Shown piece after piece: positions 23,116-32,133 of a stretch of 39,522 nt of DNA; the first letter of the stretch is position 1; each line of letters begins with the position of its first letter. The notes beneath the pieces are model-generated. The model saw only the letters and a program-made list of their open reading frames with translations. It was not told the DNA's origin and did no database searches. A program made the position numbers and the translations under genes. Origin of the DNA: Pseudobdellovibrionaceae bacterium (GTDB lineage Bacteria; Bdellovibrionota; Bdellovibrionia; Bdellovibrionales; JAMPXM01); NCBI GenBank assembly GCA_016791465.1, contig JAEUWE010000515.1, positions 1 to 39,522 on the forward strand. The letters are read 5' to 3'.

Positions 23116-23472
23116 TTATCCAGCCATCCGTTCCCAGATTGCTGATATCACATTGCCCTGACGAATATCGACAGTTAAACGATATACAGATACGATCGAG
23201 TTCTCATCACTACTCTCAGTGTGGTATACATCGACAACGCAAATATCGTGTCCTGCTGCACGATCGCACTCCATCGGTTCAAACTTCGCCCTCCCGGTCT
23301 CAAGCGCTAGCTTAAGTACCGAACGAGCATCGCGATCAACAAGCTTCTTGTTGATAACCGTTTTTGCAATAACTTCGACCCCAACTTTGGAAGCGTACTC
23401 AGCCGCCGTTGATGCTTGCGCCACTGAAAAAGTCGATAGCGCCGCCACTAGAACTAAACTCGCAAATCTCAT
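23116..23472 (-). CDS. Small secreted hypothetical protein (118 aa)
   Basis: The track ORF extends to 23502. The ATG at 23472 follows AAGGAGAG and gives the signal peptide MRFASLVLVAALSTFSVAQA. Two Cys residues (MECD ... DICV). Confidence 0.55.
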   Translation of the reverse strand: MRFASLVLVAALSTFSVAQASTAAEYASKVGVEVIAKTVINKKLVDRDARSVLKLALETGRAKFEPMECDRAAGHDICVVDVYHTESSDENSIVSVYRLTVDIRQGNVISAIWERMAG

Positions 23473-23637
23473 ACAAACTCTCCTTCTACAAATTCCATCC
23501 AACGTTATGCCGTCGACTTGATTGCAAGCTCAAGACCAGATAAGCGCGACTATATTGGAGATGAAGGCGGTATCATGAAGTTATTTTAGGCCCCGGAATG
23601 TAAACTCAGGCGAATGCGATAGCGTGCCTGAAAGTCG

Positions 23638-23662
23638 CCAAAAGGTACAATGTACCTTTTGG
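23638..23662 (-). terminator. Hairpin terminator after fliA (end of the flagellar operon)
   Basis: CCAAAAGGTAC / AAT / GTACCTTTTGG, a perfect 11-bp stem 14 nt downstream of the fliA stop (23676..23678). Confidence 0.55.
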
Positions 23663-23675
23663 CTTCCTGTCCCGA

Positions 23676-24458
23676 TTAGCTCGCTTCGTTGTTCTGTTCT
23701 TTGAAGAACGCGGTGAGCTTTGAGCGGAGGCGGCTGATGGCCTGAGCGTGGAGCTGAGAGACACGGCTCTCGGTGACGCGCAGAACTTTGCCGATCTCTT
23801 TGAGGTTCAGATCTTCGTAGTAGTAGAGCGAGAGAACGAGACGCTGACGCTCGGGAAGCTCTTCGATTGCGCCGCTGATCACGTCTTTGACGGACTTTGA
23901 GCTCAGCTGGATGAACGGGTTTGCGATCTTGACGTCTTCAAGGAGAGACATCAGCGATTTTTTGTCGACGTTTGAGAACGTCGCAATCTCGTCGATCGAG
24001 AGAACAGAAACCGGGCGAACTTGGTTCACGAGCTCGAAGAACTCTTCGAGGGTCATGTTGAGTTTTGCCGCGACCTCTTCGTCGCTGGCCTGACGGCCGA
24101 GTTCGACTTCAAGATCCGATACGGTTTTATCGAGAAGCTTTGCCTTATCGCGAACCGAACGTGGAACCCAATCCTGCGCGCGCAATTCGTCAAGAATTGC
24201 ACCGCGGATACGGAATTCCGCATAGGTTTTAAACTTGTTGTCGCGCGAGGGATCGTACTTCTCGATCGCATCCATGAGGCCAATGACGCCGCTGGAGATG
24301 AGATCATCGAGCTCGATATTCGACGGCAAACGCACGGCAATTTTTTGAGCGATGAACTTGATCAGCGGAGCGTACTCTTTGATGAGTTCTTCGCGATCCT
24401 TCGGCTTCAACCGAGCGGGCTCATCCTTGTACTTCTTCAGCAAGGAATTATTCTGCAT
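23676..24458 (-). CDS. fliA: Flagellar sigma factor sigma-28
   Basis: 260 aa. LIKEYAPLIKFIAQK. Region 2: DDLISSGVIGLMDAIEKYDPSRDNKFKTYAEFRIRGAILDELR. Region 4: LNLKEIGKVLRVTESRVSQLHAQAISRLR. Last gene of the flhF-flhG-fliA arrangement. Confidence 0.95.
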   Translation of the reverse strand: MQNNSLLKKYKDEPARLKPKDREELIKEYAPLIKFIAQKIAVRLPSNIELDDLISSGVIGLMDAIEKYDPSRDNKFKTYAEFRIRGAILDELRAQDWVPRSVRDKAKLLDKTVSDLEVELGRQASDEEVAAKLNMTLEEFFELVNQVRPVSVLSIDEIATFSNVDKKSLMSLLEDVKIANPFIQLSSKSVKDVISGAIEELPERQRLVLSLYYYEDLNLKEIGKVLRVTESRVSQLHAQAISRLRSKLTAFFKEQNNEAS

Positions 24459-24562
24459 TTAGTTCCCTCTCCAAACGACACATTCAGAGTATCAAGCCCT
24501 GAGCCCCCTTTAAAGTCCTGAGTCTTTCATGCCAGACTACAGGACCTAGGCCCAAAGCGGTT

Positions 24563-25453
24563 TTACGCTGCTCCGATGAGTTGACGCCAAAAGAACTGTA
24601 AATTTCCTTTACACTCGACCTCAGAAAATCCCTGCGAAGTCGAATGTCCTGGACCATACTCGAGACCCGGAAGAGCGAGATCGCGAGCCAAGCGGGCAAT
24701 CGCTCGCGACGACTCGGCCTGTGGCACCGACTTTGTCACCAATTGCTGACCGCGAGTGCAGTGTCGAAGATGGGGATCCGCTGGAACAAATCCGCGATAC
24801 TTGAGTGAAACCGGAAGAAACTGTGCTGCGACAGATTCGAGTCGATGAAAGATTCTCCAGCCATCCGCCTCGTCGCGAACTTGATTGGTAACGACGCTGA
24901 ATTTCGTCTCGCGCTGTCGCTGATGCAAAACCTTGATAAGCGCATAGGCATCAGTGAGTGACGACGGGTCTGGCGTCAATACCACGAGAATTTCTTGCGC
25001 GGCTGAATTGAGATACAAAACATGATCGGCAATGCCGGGAGCTGTATCAATCAGCATCACATCGTATATCGTGCCAAGGTCGCTCACCTGATCGAGCAAC
25101 ACCTGCTTTGCGTGTGGAGCCATCCGCTGCAGCTCAAATACGCCGCTTCCACCGGGAATCAGACTGATCGAGGGAGAAATTGGAACGATGATATCTCGGA
25201 TGTCGGCTTCGCCACTCAGCACGTGCGAGATATTGAGCTGTGGACGAACCTGAAAAAAGATATCGAGGTTCGCCATTCCAAGATCGCCGTCGAATAGAAG
25301 AACACGCTTACCTTGCTTCTCAAGTTCAACGGCAAGGTTTGCGACGAGTGTACTTTTGCCGACGCCACCTTTGCCGGAGGTCACTGAGATAACTTGGGTT
25401 GATCGGCCTGTGCTTGGCATACTTTGGTTCTGACTCGTGAATGAATTGGCCAT
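24563..25453 (-). CDS. flhG: Flagellar number/placement regulator, MinD/ParA-type ATPase
   Basis: 296 aa. Deviant Walker A SGKGGVGKST. LLFDGDLGMANL. MLIDTAPG. C-terminal amphipathic helix LQFFWRQLIG. Abuts the flhF stop. Confidence 0.9.
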   Translation of the reverse strand: MANSFTSQNQSMPSTGRSTQVISVTSGKGGVGKSTLVANLAVELEKQGKRVLLFDGDLGMANLDIFFQVRPQLNISHVLSGEADIRDIIVPISPSISLIPGGSGVFELQRMAPHAKQVLLDQVSDLGTIYDVMLIDTAPGIADHVLYLNSAAQEILVVLTPDPSSLTDAYALIKVLHQRQRETKFSVVTNQVRDEADGWRIFHRLESVAAQFLPVSLKYRGFVPADPHLRHCTRGQQLVTKSVPQAESSRAIARLARDLALPGLEYGPGHSTSQGFSEVECKGNLQFFWRQLIGAA

Positions 25454-27049
25454 TTATTTCTCCGTGGATCTTTTCAGTGAACTCAGTTTAAAAAGAAGAT
25501 CGAGAACGCGCTCTTTCGTTGCAGCCTCAAAGTCCTCGGGAACACGAGGGCCGACTCCGAACGAATGAAGGGGTAATCCCGATCGCACCTGCACGGTCGC
25601 AATAACGCCGTGGTTAACACTCAAATCAAGACCGGTAAAAATGAGATCTGTCGGTTGCGTCACGCGGAAGCGACGGACAGCATCGAGAGCGTCGGACTCT
25701 TTCATGGACGACGAAAGGCACATGTGAACTTGCGACTGCTCGTGCGACGGCATGAGCGCGCGAAGACGCGAGATCTCGTCGGCTTCTTTTAGACTCAGGC
25801 CTGGCATGTCGACCAACACATGATCGACAGCGGCAAGGTGTGCCTCAAGCCACCGCCAATCTTCTGGACCGCGAACGATCGCAAACGGAACATTGAGGAT
25901 CTGGCAGTAGATCTTGAGCTGATCGACAGCGCCGACTTTTGAAGTGTCAGTCGAAACAATTGCGATCTTCTTTTTATCGCGAATGATCAGCTGCGATGCG
26001 GCCTTGACCAATTGAGAAGTTTTACCTGACCCCATCGGGCCGGTGAAAACCTGAAACCGCGCCGAGAACGGGCGCTCGCAAACGGAAATATTCTGCAGGA
26101 ACCACTTGGCGACCCAAGCTTCGACGATGGCTTTCTTCTTTGCCTGCATCGGATCAATTTCGCTCTGCGCCCGAAGGCCCACTTCGGCAGCCAGTTCGGC
26201 GGAGACGCCGGTCTCGACGAGTTTCTGAAAAATCGAACTGAAGTCATAGGAAAGACCGTACTCCGCCCCCGGATAAGTGGCCGCGTGGACCGGCGCGTTC
26301 GACGGAGCCTGCTGAAACGACTGCGGCACTTGCGTGAAGCCACTCAGAATCGACTGCAGACGCTGAATCTCACCCTTTAGGCTCTCTATCTCTGTACTGG
26401 CGGTCGGCGCCGTCGCGGGAGCCTGCGCATTCACCTGACGCCTTGGCGCTGGCGCGACTTCCGTAGCGCGTCCCGCTTCCCAGGCTTCTTTTGCAAGCGA
26501 GCGAATTTTATTTCTCACGTCTGCTGGGCGTGGCTCGGCCGCTCGTTCCGCCGCAGTTTGGGGACGTTGCACAGGCGCAGATGCCGATTGTCGCTGCACA
26601 CTGCCGCGACCGTATGACTCTTGAACAAACTCAAGTCCGCCCTGAATACCCTGACGGCGCGCATAGACGGGCTGGTCATCCGGAATATCAATATAGCTGA
26701 CCGATGTGATCGGGCGCGGATTCGCTGCGCGGTCGGCCTGCTCGCGGGCGTTTCGCTGCTGTTGCTCACGGCGCTCGACGATTTTCTCAATCATCTCTTT
26801 CTGGCTTCGAGCTTGCGACGAGCGAAACTTCTCACGATCATCCGGGCGCATTCGCGATTCAACAAAGCGCTTCTTCTGAAGCGTGATATCCGACACCGCG
26901 GCTGTGACCTCAAAAGAAGTTTCACCGCCAAGACCAAATGACTTTTTGTTCTCTCGGGCACCGAGAATGACCGCGTCGGGGCCAAGCTCAGACTTCACCA
27001 TCTTGAGAGCATCTTTCATCGTTTTGGCTTCGAACTTTTTAACCCGCAT
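25454..27049 (-). CDS. flhF: Flagellar biosynthesis SRP-type GTPase FlhF
   Basis: The track starts at a TTG at 27055. The ATG at 27049 follows GGAGA with a 6-nt spacer. B domain MRVKKFEAKTMKDALKMVKSELGPDAVILG. About 200 aa of low-complexity linker. NG domain FTGPMGSGKTS, DTSKVGAVDQL, LVDMPG, FTGLD. Confidence 0.9.
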   Translation of the reverse strand: MRVKKFEAKTMKDALKMVKSELGPDAVILGARENKKSFGLGGETSFEVTAAVSDITLQKKRFVESRMRPDDREKFRSSQARSQKEMIEKIVERREQQQRNAREQADRAANPRPITSVSYIDIPDDQPVYARRQGIQGGLEFVQESYGRGSVQRQSASAPVQRPQTAAERAAEPRPADVRNKIRSLAKEAWEAGRATEVAPAPRRQVNAQAPATAPTASTEIESLKGEIQRLQSILSGFTQVPQSFQQAPSNAPVHAATYPGAEYGLSYDFSSIFQKLVETGVSAELAAEVGLRAQSEIDPMQAKKKAIVEAWVAKWFLQNISVCERPFSARFQVFTGPMGSGKTSQLVKAASQLIIRDKKKIAIVSTDTSKVGAVDQLKIYCQILNVPFAIVRGPEDWRWLEAHLAAVDHVLVDMPGLSLKEADEISRLRALMPSHEQSQVHMCLSSSMKESDALDAVRRFRVTQPTDLIFTGLDLSVNHGVIATVQVRSGLPLHSFGVGPRVPEDFEAATKERVLDLLFKLSSLKRSTEK

Positions 27050-29135
27050 GGGCAATCTCCACCGTCGCTACGGACCGAACGTTCACATCACTTGCAATCT
27101 CGTTGTGCGAGAGCACGACGAGCTGTGGAATAAACCGATTAGTAAGACGCGCGATATGCCGACGCGCGGTCGGGCTAGTCAGCAGGATCGGCTGACCGGC
27201 GATCTCAGGATGCGTCTCGATAGTTGAAGCAATTCCCTCAATCATATCGTGCGCCGTTCGCGGATCCATCACCAGCTGAACGCCCTGTTCAGTCTGCAGA
27301 AGCGAGTTTGAAATCAATTCCTCAAGCTTCGGATCGAGATTGATGACATTCACACGGCTCGAATCGTCTTTGTAGCGACTCGAAATTCCACGAGCGAGAG
27401 CCCGACGAACTGATTCCGTGAGAAGTTCGGCATCTTTTGTGCGATGGGCCTCGTCAGCCAACGTCTCAAAGATGGTCAGCAGATCGCGAATCGAAACCTG
27501 TTCACGCAGCAAGTTCTGAAGCACTCGCACCACAGCCCCAAGGCTGAGCGTGTCGGGAATAAGCTCTTCGACCACTTTTGGATACGCCTTCTTGAAGTTG
27601 TCGATAAGACTCGAAGCTTCTTGGCGACCGAGCATTTCGTGCGCGTGGGTTCGAATGATTTCGGTGAGGTGTGTTGCCATAACTGTTGGCAGATCGACGA
27701 CGGTGAAACCAGCAAGCTCAGCTTCCTCGCGTGCGCTGCGCGAAATCCAAAGCGCATCAAGACCGAATGCGGGCTCTTTTGTTGGAATGCCGTCGACACG
27801 TGCTGTGGTGTTACCCGGGTCCATCGCCAACAGATAGTCGGGACGCAAAGTGCCTCCAGCGACTCGGTTTCCTTTGATGAGAACGCGGTATTCGCCTGGC
27901 CCCAGTTGCAGATTGTCACGGATGTGCACACTTGGAACTATGATTCCCATGTCGAGTGCGAACTGTTTACGGATCGAGACAATGCGCTCGAGAAGATCGC
28001 CACTGCTCTGACTTTCGACGATGTTGATCAAACCATAGCCAACTTCGAGCTCAACCATATCAAGCGGCAAGAGATTCTCGATCTTCTCTTTTTCTGGCTT
28101 CGCCGCGATATCATCGGCCTTCTTCTTCGCCTCTGTTTTTTCTTCTTCTTTGTAGCGCGTGACTAGCCATCCAAGACCACTCATCGCAATCGCAGTGGTG
28201 AAGAACGGAACACCAGGAAGACCTGGGATCGCACCCATAAATGCGATCACGCCGGCGCCGATATAAAGAGCACGCGGGTTCATGAAGAGCTGACTGACGA
28301 CCTCTTGTCCCATGTCGTCTTCGCTGCCCGAACGGGTGACGATAATACCAGCGGCCGTCGAGATAATCAGGGCTGGAATCTGACTGACAAGTCCATCACC
28401 GATTGTCAGCTTCGTATAAGTCTCTGCCGCAGCGGCAATATCGAGGCCATGCTGCAGAACTCCAATCAAAAGTCCGCCGACAATGTTGACGCCCATGATG
28501 ACAATGCCGGCGATCGCGTCACCGCGGACAAACTTCGAGGCACCGTCCATGGCTCCGTAGAAGTCTGCCTCGTTCTCGATCTCTTTACGGCGCTTGCGGG
28601 CCTGCTCTTCGTTGATAAGGCCTGCGTTCAGATCGGCGTCGATCGACATCTGCTTACCGGGCATGGCGTCCAAGGTGAATCGGGCCGCGACTTCCGCCAC
28701 GCGACCAGAACCCTTGGTGATGACGACAAAATTGATGATGATCAAGATCATGAACACGATGAAGCCGATGACATAGTTGTCGCCGACAACGAAACTTCCG
28801 AAAGCATGAACAACCGCGCCTGCCGCTGATGATCCATTGTGTCCTTCGCTAAGGATCAAACGCGTTGTAGCGACGTTCAATGACAGACGAAACAGTGTCG
28901 TCAGAAGCAAGAGACTTGGAAAAACCGAAAATTCAAGAGCCTTCTTGGCGTAAAGAGCAACCAAAAGAATAAGAATTGAGCTCGTTAAACTGATACTCAA
29001 CGAAAGGTCGAGCAAGATCGGTGGCAATGGAACAATCATGACCGCCAAGATCGCGAGAATCGCGACGGCAATGAGAAGGTCCATATTTTTAGCGTACTTC
29101 TCGTATCGCTTGAAGAGTTGAAAGAGTTGCTCCAT
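27039..29135 (-). CDS. flhA: Flagellar type III export gate protein FlhA
   Basis: 698 aa. FPSLLLLTTLFRLSLNVATTRLIL, FVVITKGSGRVAEVAARFTLDAMPGKQMSIDADL, GAMDGASKFVRGDAIAGI, and a C-terminal cytoplasmic domain. Confidence 0.97.
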   Translation of the reverse strand: MEQLFQLFKRYEKYAKNMDLLIAVAILAILAVMIVPLPPILLDLSLSISLTSSILILLVALYAKKALEFSVFPSLLLLTTLFRLSLNVATTRLILSEGHNGSSAAGAVVHAFGSFVVGDNYVIGFIVFMILIIINFVVITKGSGRVAEVAARFTLDAMPGKQMSIDADLNAGLINEEQARKRRKEIENEADFYGAMDGASKFVRGDAIAGIVIMGVNIVGGLLIGVLQHGLDIAAAAETYTKLTIGDGLVSQIPALIISTAAGIIVTRSGSEDDMGQEVVSQLFMNPRALYIGAGVIAFMGAIPGLPGVPFFTTAIAMSGLGWLVTRYKEEEKTEAKKKADDIAAKPEKEKIENLLPLDMVELEVGYGLINIVESQSSGDLLERIVSIRKQFALDMGIIVPSVHIRDNLQLGPGEYRVLIKGNRVAGGTLRPDYLLAMDPGNTTARVDGIPTKEPAFGLDALWISRSAREEAELAGFTVVDLPTVMATHLTEIIRTHAHEMLGRQEASSLIDNFKKAYPKVVEELIPDTLSLGAVVRVLQNLLREQVSIRDLLTIFETLADEAHRTKDAELLTESVRRALARGISSRYKDDSSRVNVINLDPKLEELISNSLLQTEQGVQLVMDPRTAHDMIEGIASTIETHPEIAGQPILLTSPTARRHIARLTNRFIPQLVVLSHNEIASDVNVRSVATVEIAHAG

Positions 29136-30202
29136 TAGCGAATAACCTTTCTCTTAAGGCGATAGACGTAAGACAGAACTTGAGCGACCGCTGTAAACAG
29201 CTCGCGAGGAACGAACTGGCCAATTTTCAAACTTTTAAACATCGCTCGAGCCAGCGGCTTGTTTTCAAGAACCGGCACGCCATTTTCACGCGCGATCTCT
29301 TTGATTTTTTCTGCAATCAGGCCGCTGCCTTTGGCAACAAGGCGCGGCGCCGGCATTGTCTTCGGATCATAGATGAGAGCGCAGGCGATGTGCGTCGGGT
29401 TTGTCACAATGACGTCGGCCTTTGGCACATCCTTCATCATGCGCTTACTGGCCATCTCGCGCTGAATCCGACGAATGCGCGCCTTGATCATCGGATCACC
29501 TTCGCGCGACTTGTGTTCTTCTTTGATCTCTTGCTTGGTCATGCGCATCTGCTTTTCGAGATCCCAGCGCTGAAAGAAGTAGTCGGCAGCAGCGATCATC
29601 GCCATGAAGACACCAAGACCGCCGAGAAGTTTAACGGTCAAAGAGCCGGCGTAGGAAAGAATCTGTTCAACCGACCAGAACGTCAGCTGCGGCAACAAAC
29701 GAACTTCGTCTTTTACAAGCGAGTAGACGACCGCGACGACCAACATCAGCTTGATACAAGACTTCAAACCCTCGACAAGGGCGCGCATACTAAAGATACG
29801 TTTTAGACCGTTGAGGGGGTTGATCTTCTCAAGATCAAACTCCAGAACTTCTTCGTTGTAGAGAAAGCCGACCTGAACAACCGTCGAGATAATCGAAAGG
29901 AGGAGCAGCATCCCCACGATCGGAGTGGAAACGAAGAGGATCTTCTTGGATATAAAGAGCATCAATGGGGCATAGCTCTGCGATTTGACGGCCGTGATCA
30001 GCTCTGGCCCCAAGCAATACATGAGAAGCTCAGACACTTGCTGTAAACAAAAGCGGCCCAGCCCCCAAAAGATCAATGCTGAGCCAAGCAAAACGAAAAC
30101 GCTTGCAAGCTCTCGCGTCTGTGCGACCTGACCACGCTTGCGAAAATCGTCGCGTCGCTGCTGCGTGGCCTCTTCTGTCCGTTCCTGCTGATCTTCAGCC
30201 AT
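29135..30202 (-). CDS. flhB: Flagellar type III export switch protein FlhB
   Basis: 355 aa. EKTEEATQQRRDDFRKRGQVAQTRE-type N-terminus, four TM helices, MTKQEIKEEHKSREGDP, and the autocleavage site VIVTNPTH (NPTH). Confidence 0.95.
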   Translation of the reverse strand: MAEDQQERTEEATQQRRDDFRKRGQVAQTRELASVFVLLGSALIFWGLGRFCLQQVSELLMYCLGPELITAVKSQSYAPLMLFISKKILFVSTPIVGMLLLLSIISTVVQVGFLYNEEVLEFDLEKINPLNGLKRIFSMRALVEGLKSCIKLMLVVAVVYSLVKDEVRLLPQLTFWSVEQILSYAGSLTVKLLGGLGVFMAMIAAADYFFQRWDLEKQMRMTKQEIKEEHKSREGDPMIKARIRRIQREMASKRMMKDVPKADVIVTNPTHIACALIYDPKTMPAPRLVAKGSGLIAEKIKEIARENGVPVLENKPLARAMFKSLKIGQFVPRELFTAVAQVLSYVYRLKRKVIR

Positions 30203-30275
30203 TCTCGACCCGTCCTGGGTTCAAAGTTCCGCCCAAGGTCCATCCTGAACCCCGCACCTATCAAACAATCCGTTC

Positions 30276-31058
30276 CTAGATTGCTCGCAGATACTTGAAA
30301 AGCAGGTCGGCAAACTGCGCGAGATCTCGGTCGAGTCCCAAGATCAGCGCCGGAAGAGTGACGATCATGACCAAAAGTCCCGCCACGATATTGACGGGAA
30401 GTGAAGTCACAAGAACGTTAATCTGCGGCACCGCGCGGCCGACGATTCCCATAGCGACGTTCAAGAAGAAGATAACCACCATTACTGGGGCCGACATCTT
30501 CAATCCTGCGATCGTCACCATCTGAACCATCTCACCTCCGCCCTTCTGATTACTTATGGCAGCAAGATCAATGCCTGCCGGAGCAATCGGAACGGCCGAG
30601 AAACTCTCGACCAACGCCGAGATAAACGCGTGGTGAACATTCAGTGACAAAATCAAAAGCGTGAGCAGCACAATGTAGAAACGTTCAATGATCGTCGATG
30701 TGCTGCCACTGGCAGGATTGAAAACCGTTGCACTGGACAGTCCCATTGCCGTTGAGATCATACTGCCGCCAAACTCGACAGCAAAGAAGAGGAGCCGACT
30801 TAGAAAACCAAGAAACAGACCAATAAAGGCCTCTTTCACCGACAACCACATCAGCGTCAGTTCGAGCGTTTCTTTGGCAACTCCACTGCGGTCAATCACC
30901 GGAAACACACAGGCCGTCACCGCAACCGAGAACAAAACTTTGACAGGTGTCGGAAGAACTGCCTGTGAGAAAAGCGGCCACGTGAAGAAAAATGAGGTGA
31001 TTCGAATCAGCGCGAGGCTAAAGACGATCGTTTCGGTCTCGTTGAACAAGAACGGCAT
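30276..31058 (-). CDS. fliR: Flagellar export apparatus protein FliR
   Basis: 260-aa polytopic membrane protein between fliQ and flhB, with a typical FliR hydrophobic pattern (RITSFFFTWPLFS ..., GIVGRAVPQINVL). Confidence 0.9.
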   Translation of the reverse strand: MPFLFNETETIVFSLALIRITSFFFTWPLFSQAVLPTPVKVLFSVAVTACVFPVIDRSGVAKETLELTLMWLSVKEAFIGLFLGFLSRLLFFAVEFGGSMISTAMGLSSATVFNPASGSTSTIIERFYIVLLTLLILSLNVHHAFISALVESFSAVPIAPAGIDLAAISNQKGGGEMVQMVTIAGLKMSAPVMVVIFFLNVAMGIVGRAVPQINVLVTSLPVNIVAGLLVMIVTLPALILGLDRDLAQFADLLFKYLRAI

Positions 31059-31070
31059 GACGTCCTCCGG

Positions 31071-31343
31071 TTACTCGCGCACAAAGACCGAAATGCCCTC
31101 GAATAGCGTCGTCGTGTATGCAGTGATCACATCGATCATCCATGGCCCTGCGAGAATAAGAACGAGAGCAATCACGATCATCTTTGGCACAAACGTTAGC
31201 GTCGCTTCGTTGATCTGCGTGATCGCTTGAAAGATACTGACCAAAAGGCCCACAACGAGAGCCGAACCCAGAAGCGGGGCTGAGACCATCGCCGTGGTCT
31301 TCAACGCATCCTGCCCTAAGCGCATGACAAGTTCTTCCGTCAT
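31071..31343 (-). CDS. fliQ: Flagellar export apparatus protein FliQ
   Basis: 90 aa. Two TM helices and the conserved QAITQINEATLTFVPK motif. Confidence 0.92.
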   Translation of the reverse strand: MTEELVMRLGQDALKTTAMVSAPLLGSALVVGLLVSIFQAITQINEATLTFVPKMIVIALVLILAGPWMIDVITAYTTTLFEGISVFVRE

Positions 31344-31353
31344 TTGAATCCCC

Positions 31354-32133
31354 TCAGCCGAAGCTCTTGACCATCGAACCGATTAACAACGTCCATCCAT
31401 CAACCAGAACAAAAAGCATGATCTTAAATGGAAGCGAGATCACCACCGGTGGTAACATCATCATACCCATTGCCATCAGCACGCCCGCGATCACCATGTC
31501 GATCACCAGAAAGGGGAGATAGATAACAAAGCCAATTTGAAAAGCGGTCTTGAGTTCCGAAATGATAAACGATGGAACGAGAACCATTGTCGGAATATCT
31601 TGGCGCGTCTTTGGAGCCTCGATTTTTGATAGTTTCACAAAGAGAGCCAGATCCGTATCGCGCGTCTGGTTGAACATGAACCGACGAAGCGGAATCAGCG
31701 CCGCATCGGCCGCTTGTTCCTGATTGATCTTGCTGGCCAAGAACGGCTGCAGCGCATTCTGATTGATCTCATCAAACGCAGGCCGCATCACGAAAAATGT
31801 GAGAAAGAGCGACAAGCCCACAAGCAACTGGTTGGGCGGCATTTGTGGCGTGCCCATAGCCTGTCGAAGAAATGACAGCACCACGATAAAACGCGTAAAA
31901 CCCGTCATCATGATCACAATGGCCGGTGCAAGTGTCAGCACCGTCATCAACAGAATGATCTTCACTGTATTGACGACCTCATTCGGATTCTGTGTCGTCT
32001 TAAAACCCAAATTCACCGATGGCAGCGTCATCTGCGCCTGAGCGGCCGACGTCCAACCGAGAACAAGAAACAATGCCATTCCGAAAAACAGTCCGAGTGG
32101 AAGTCCCCGGCGATCAGCCGCCGCACGTTTCAT
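31354..32133 (-). CDS. fliP: Flagellar export apparatus protein FliP
   Basis: 259 aa. Signal peptide. LLMTVLTLAPAIVIMMTGFTRFIVVLSFLRQAMGTPQMPPNQ. FVIYLPFLVIDMVIAGVLMAMGMMMLPP. Confidence 0.95.
   Translation of the reverse strand: MKRAAADRRGLPLGLFFGMALFLVLGWTSAAQAQMTLPSVNLGFKTTQNPNEVVNTVKIILLMTVLTLAPAIVIMMTGFTRFIVVLSFLRQAMGTPQMPPNQLLVGLSLFLTFFVMRPAFDEINQNALQPFLASKINQEQAADAALIPLRRFMFNQTRDTDLALFVKLSKIEAPKTRQDIPTMVLVPSFIISELKTAFQIGFVIYLPFLVIDMVIAGVLMAMGMMMLPPVVISLPFKIMLFVLVDGWTLLIGSMVKSFG

Noticed and set aside
24021-24521. 166-aa plus-strand ORF
   Set aside because: It is antisense to fliA.
27444-28829. 240-aa and 174-aa plus-strand ORFs
   Set aside because: They are antisense to flhA and have no independent signals.
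29180-29806. 208-aa plus-strand ORF
   Set aside because: It is antisense to flhB.
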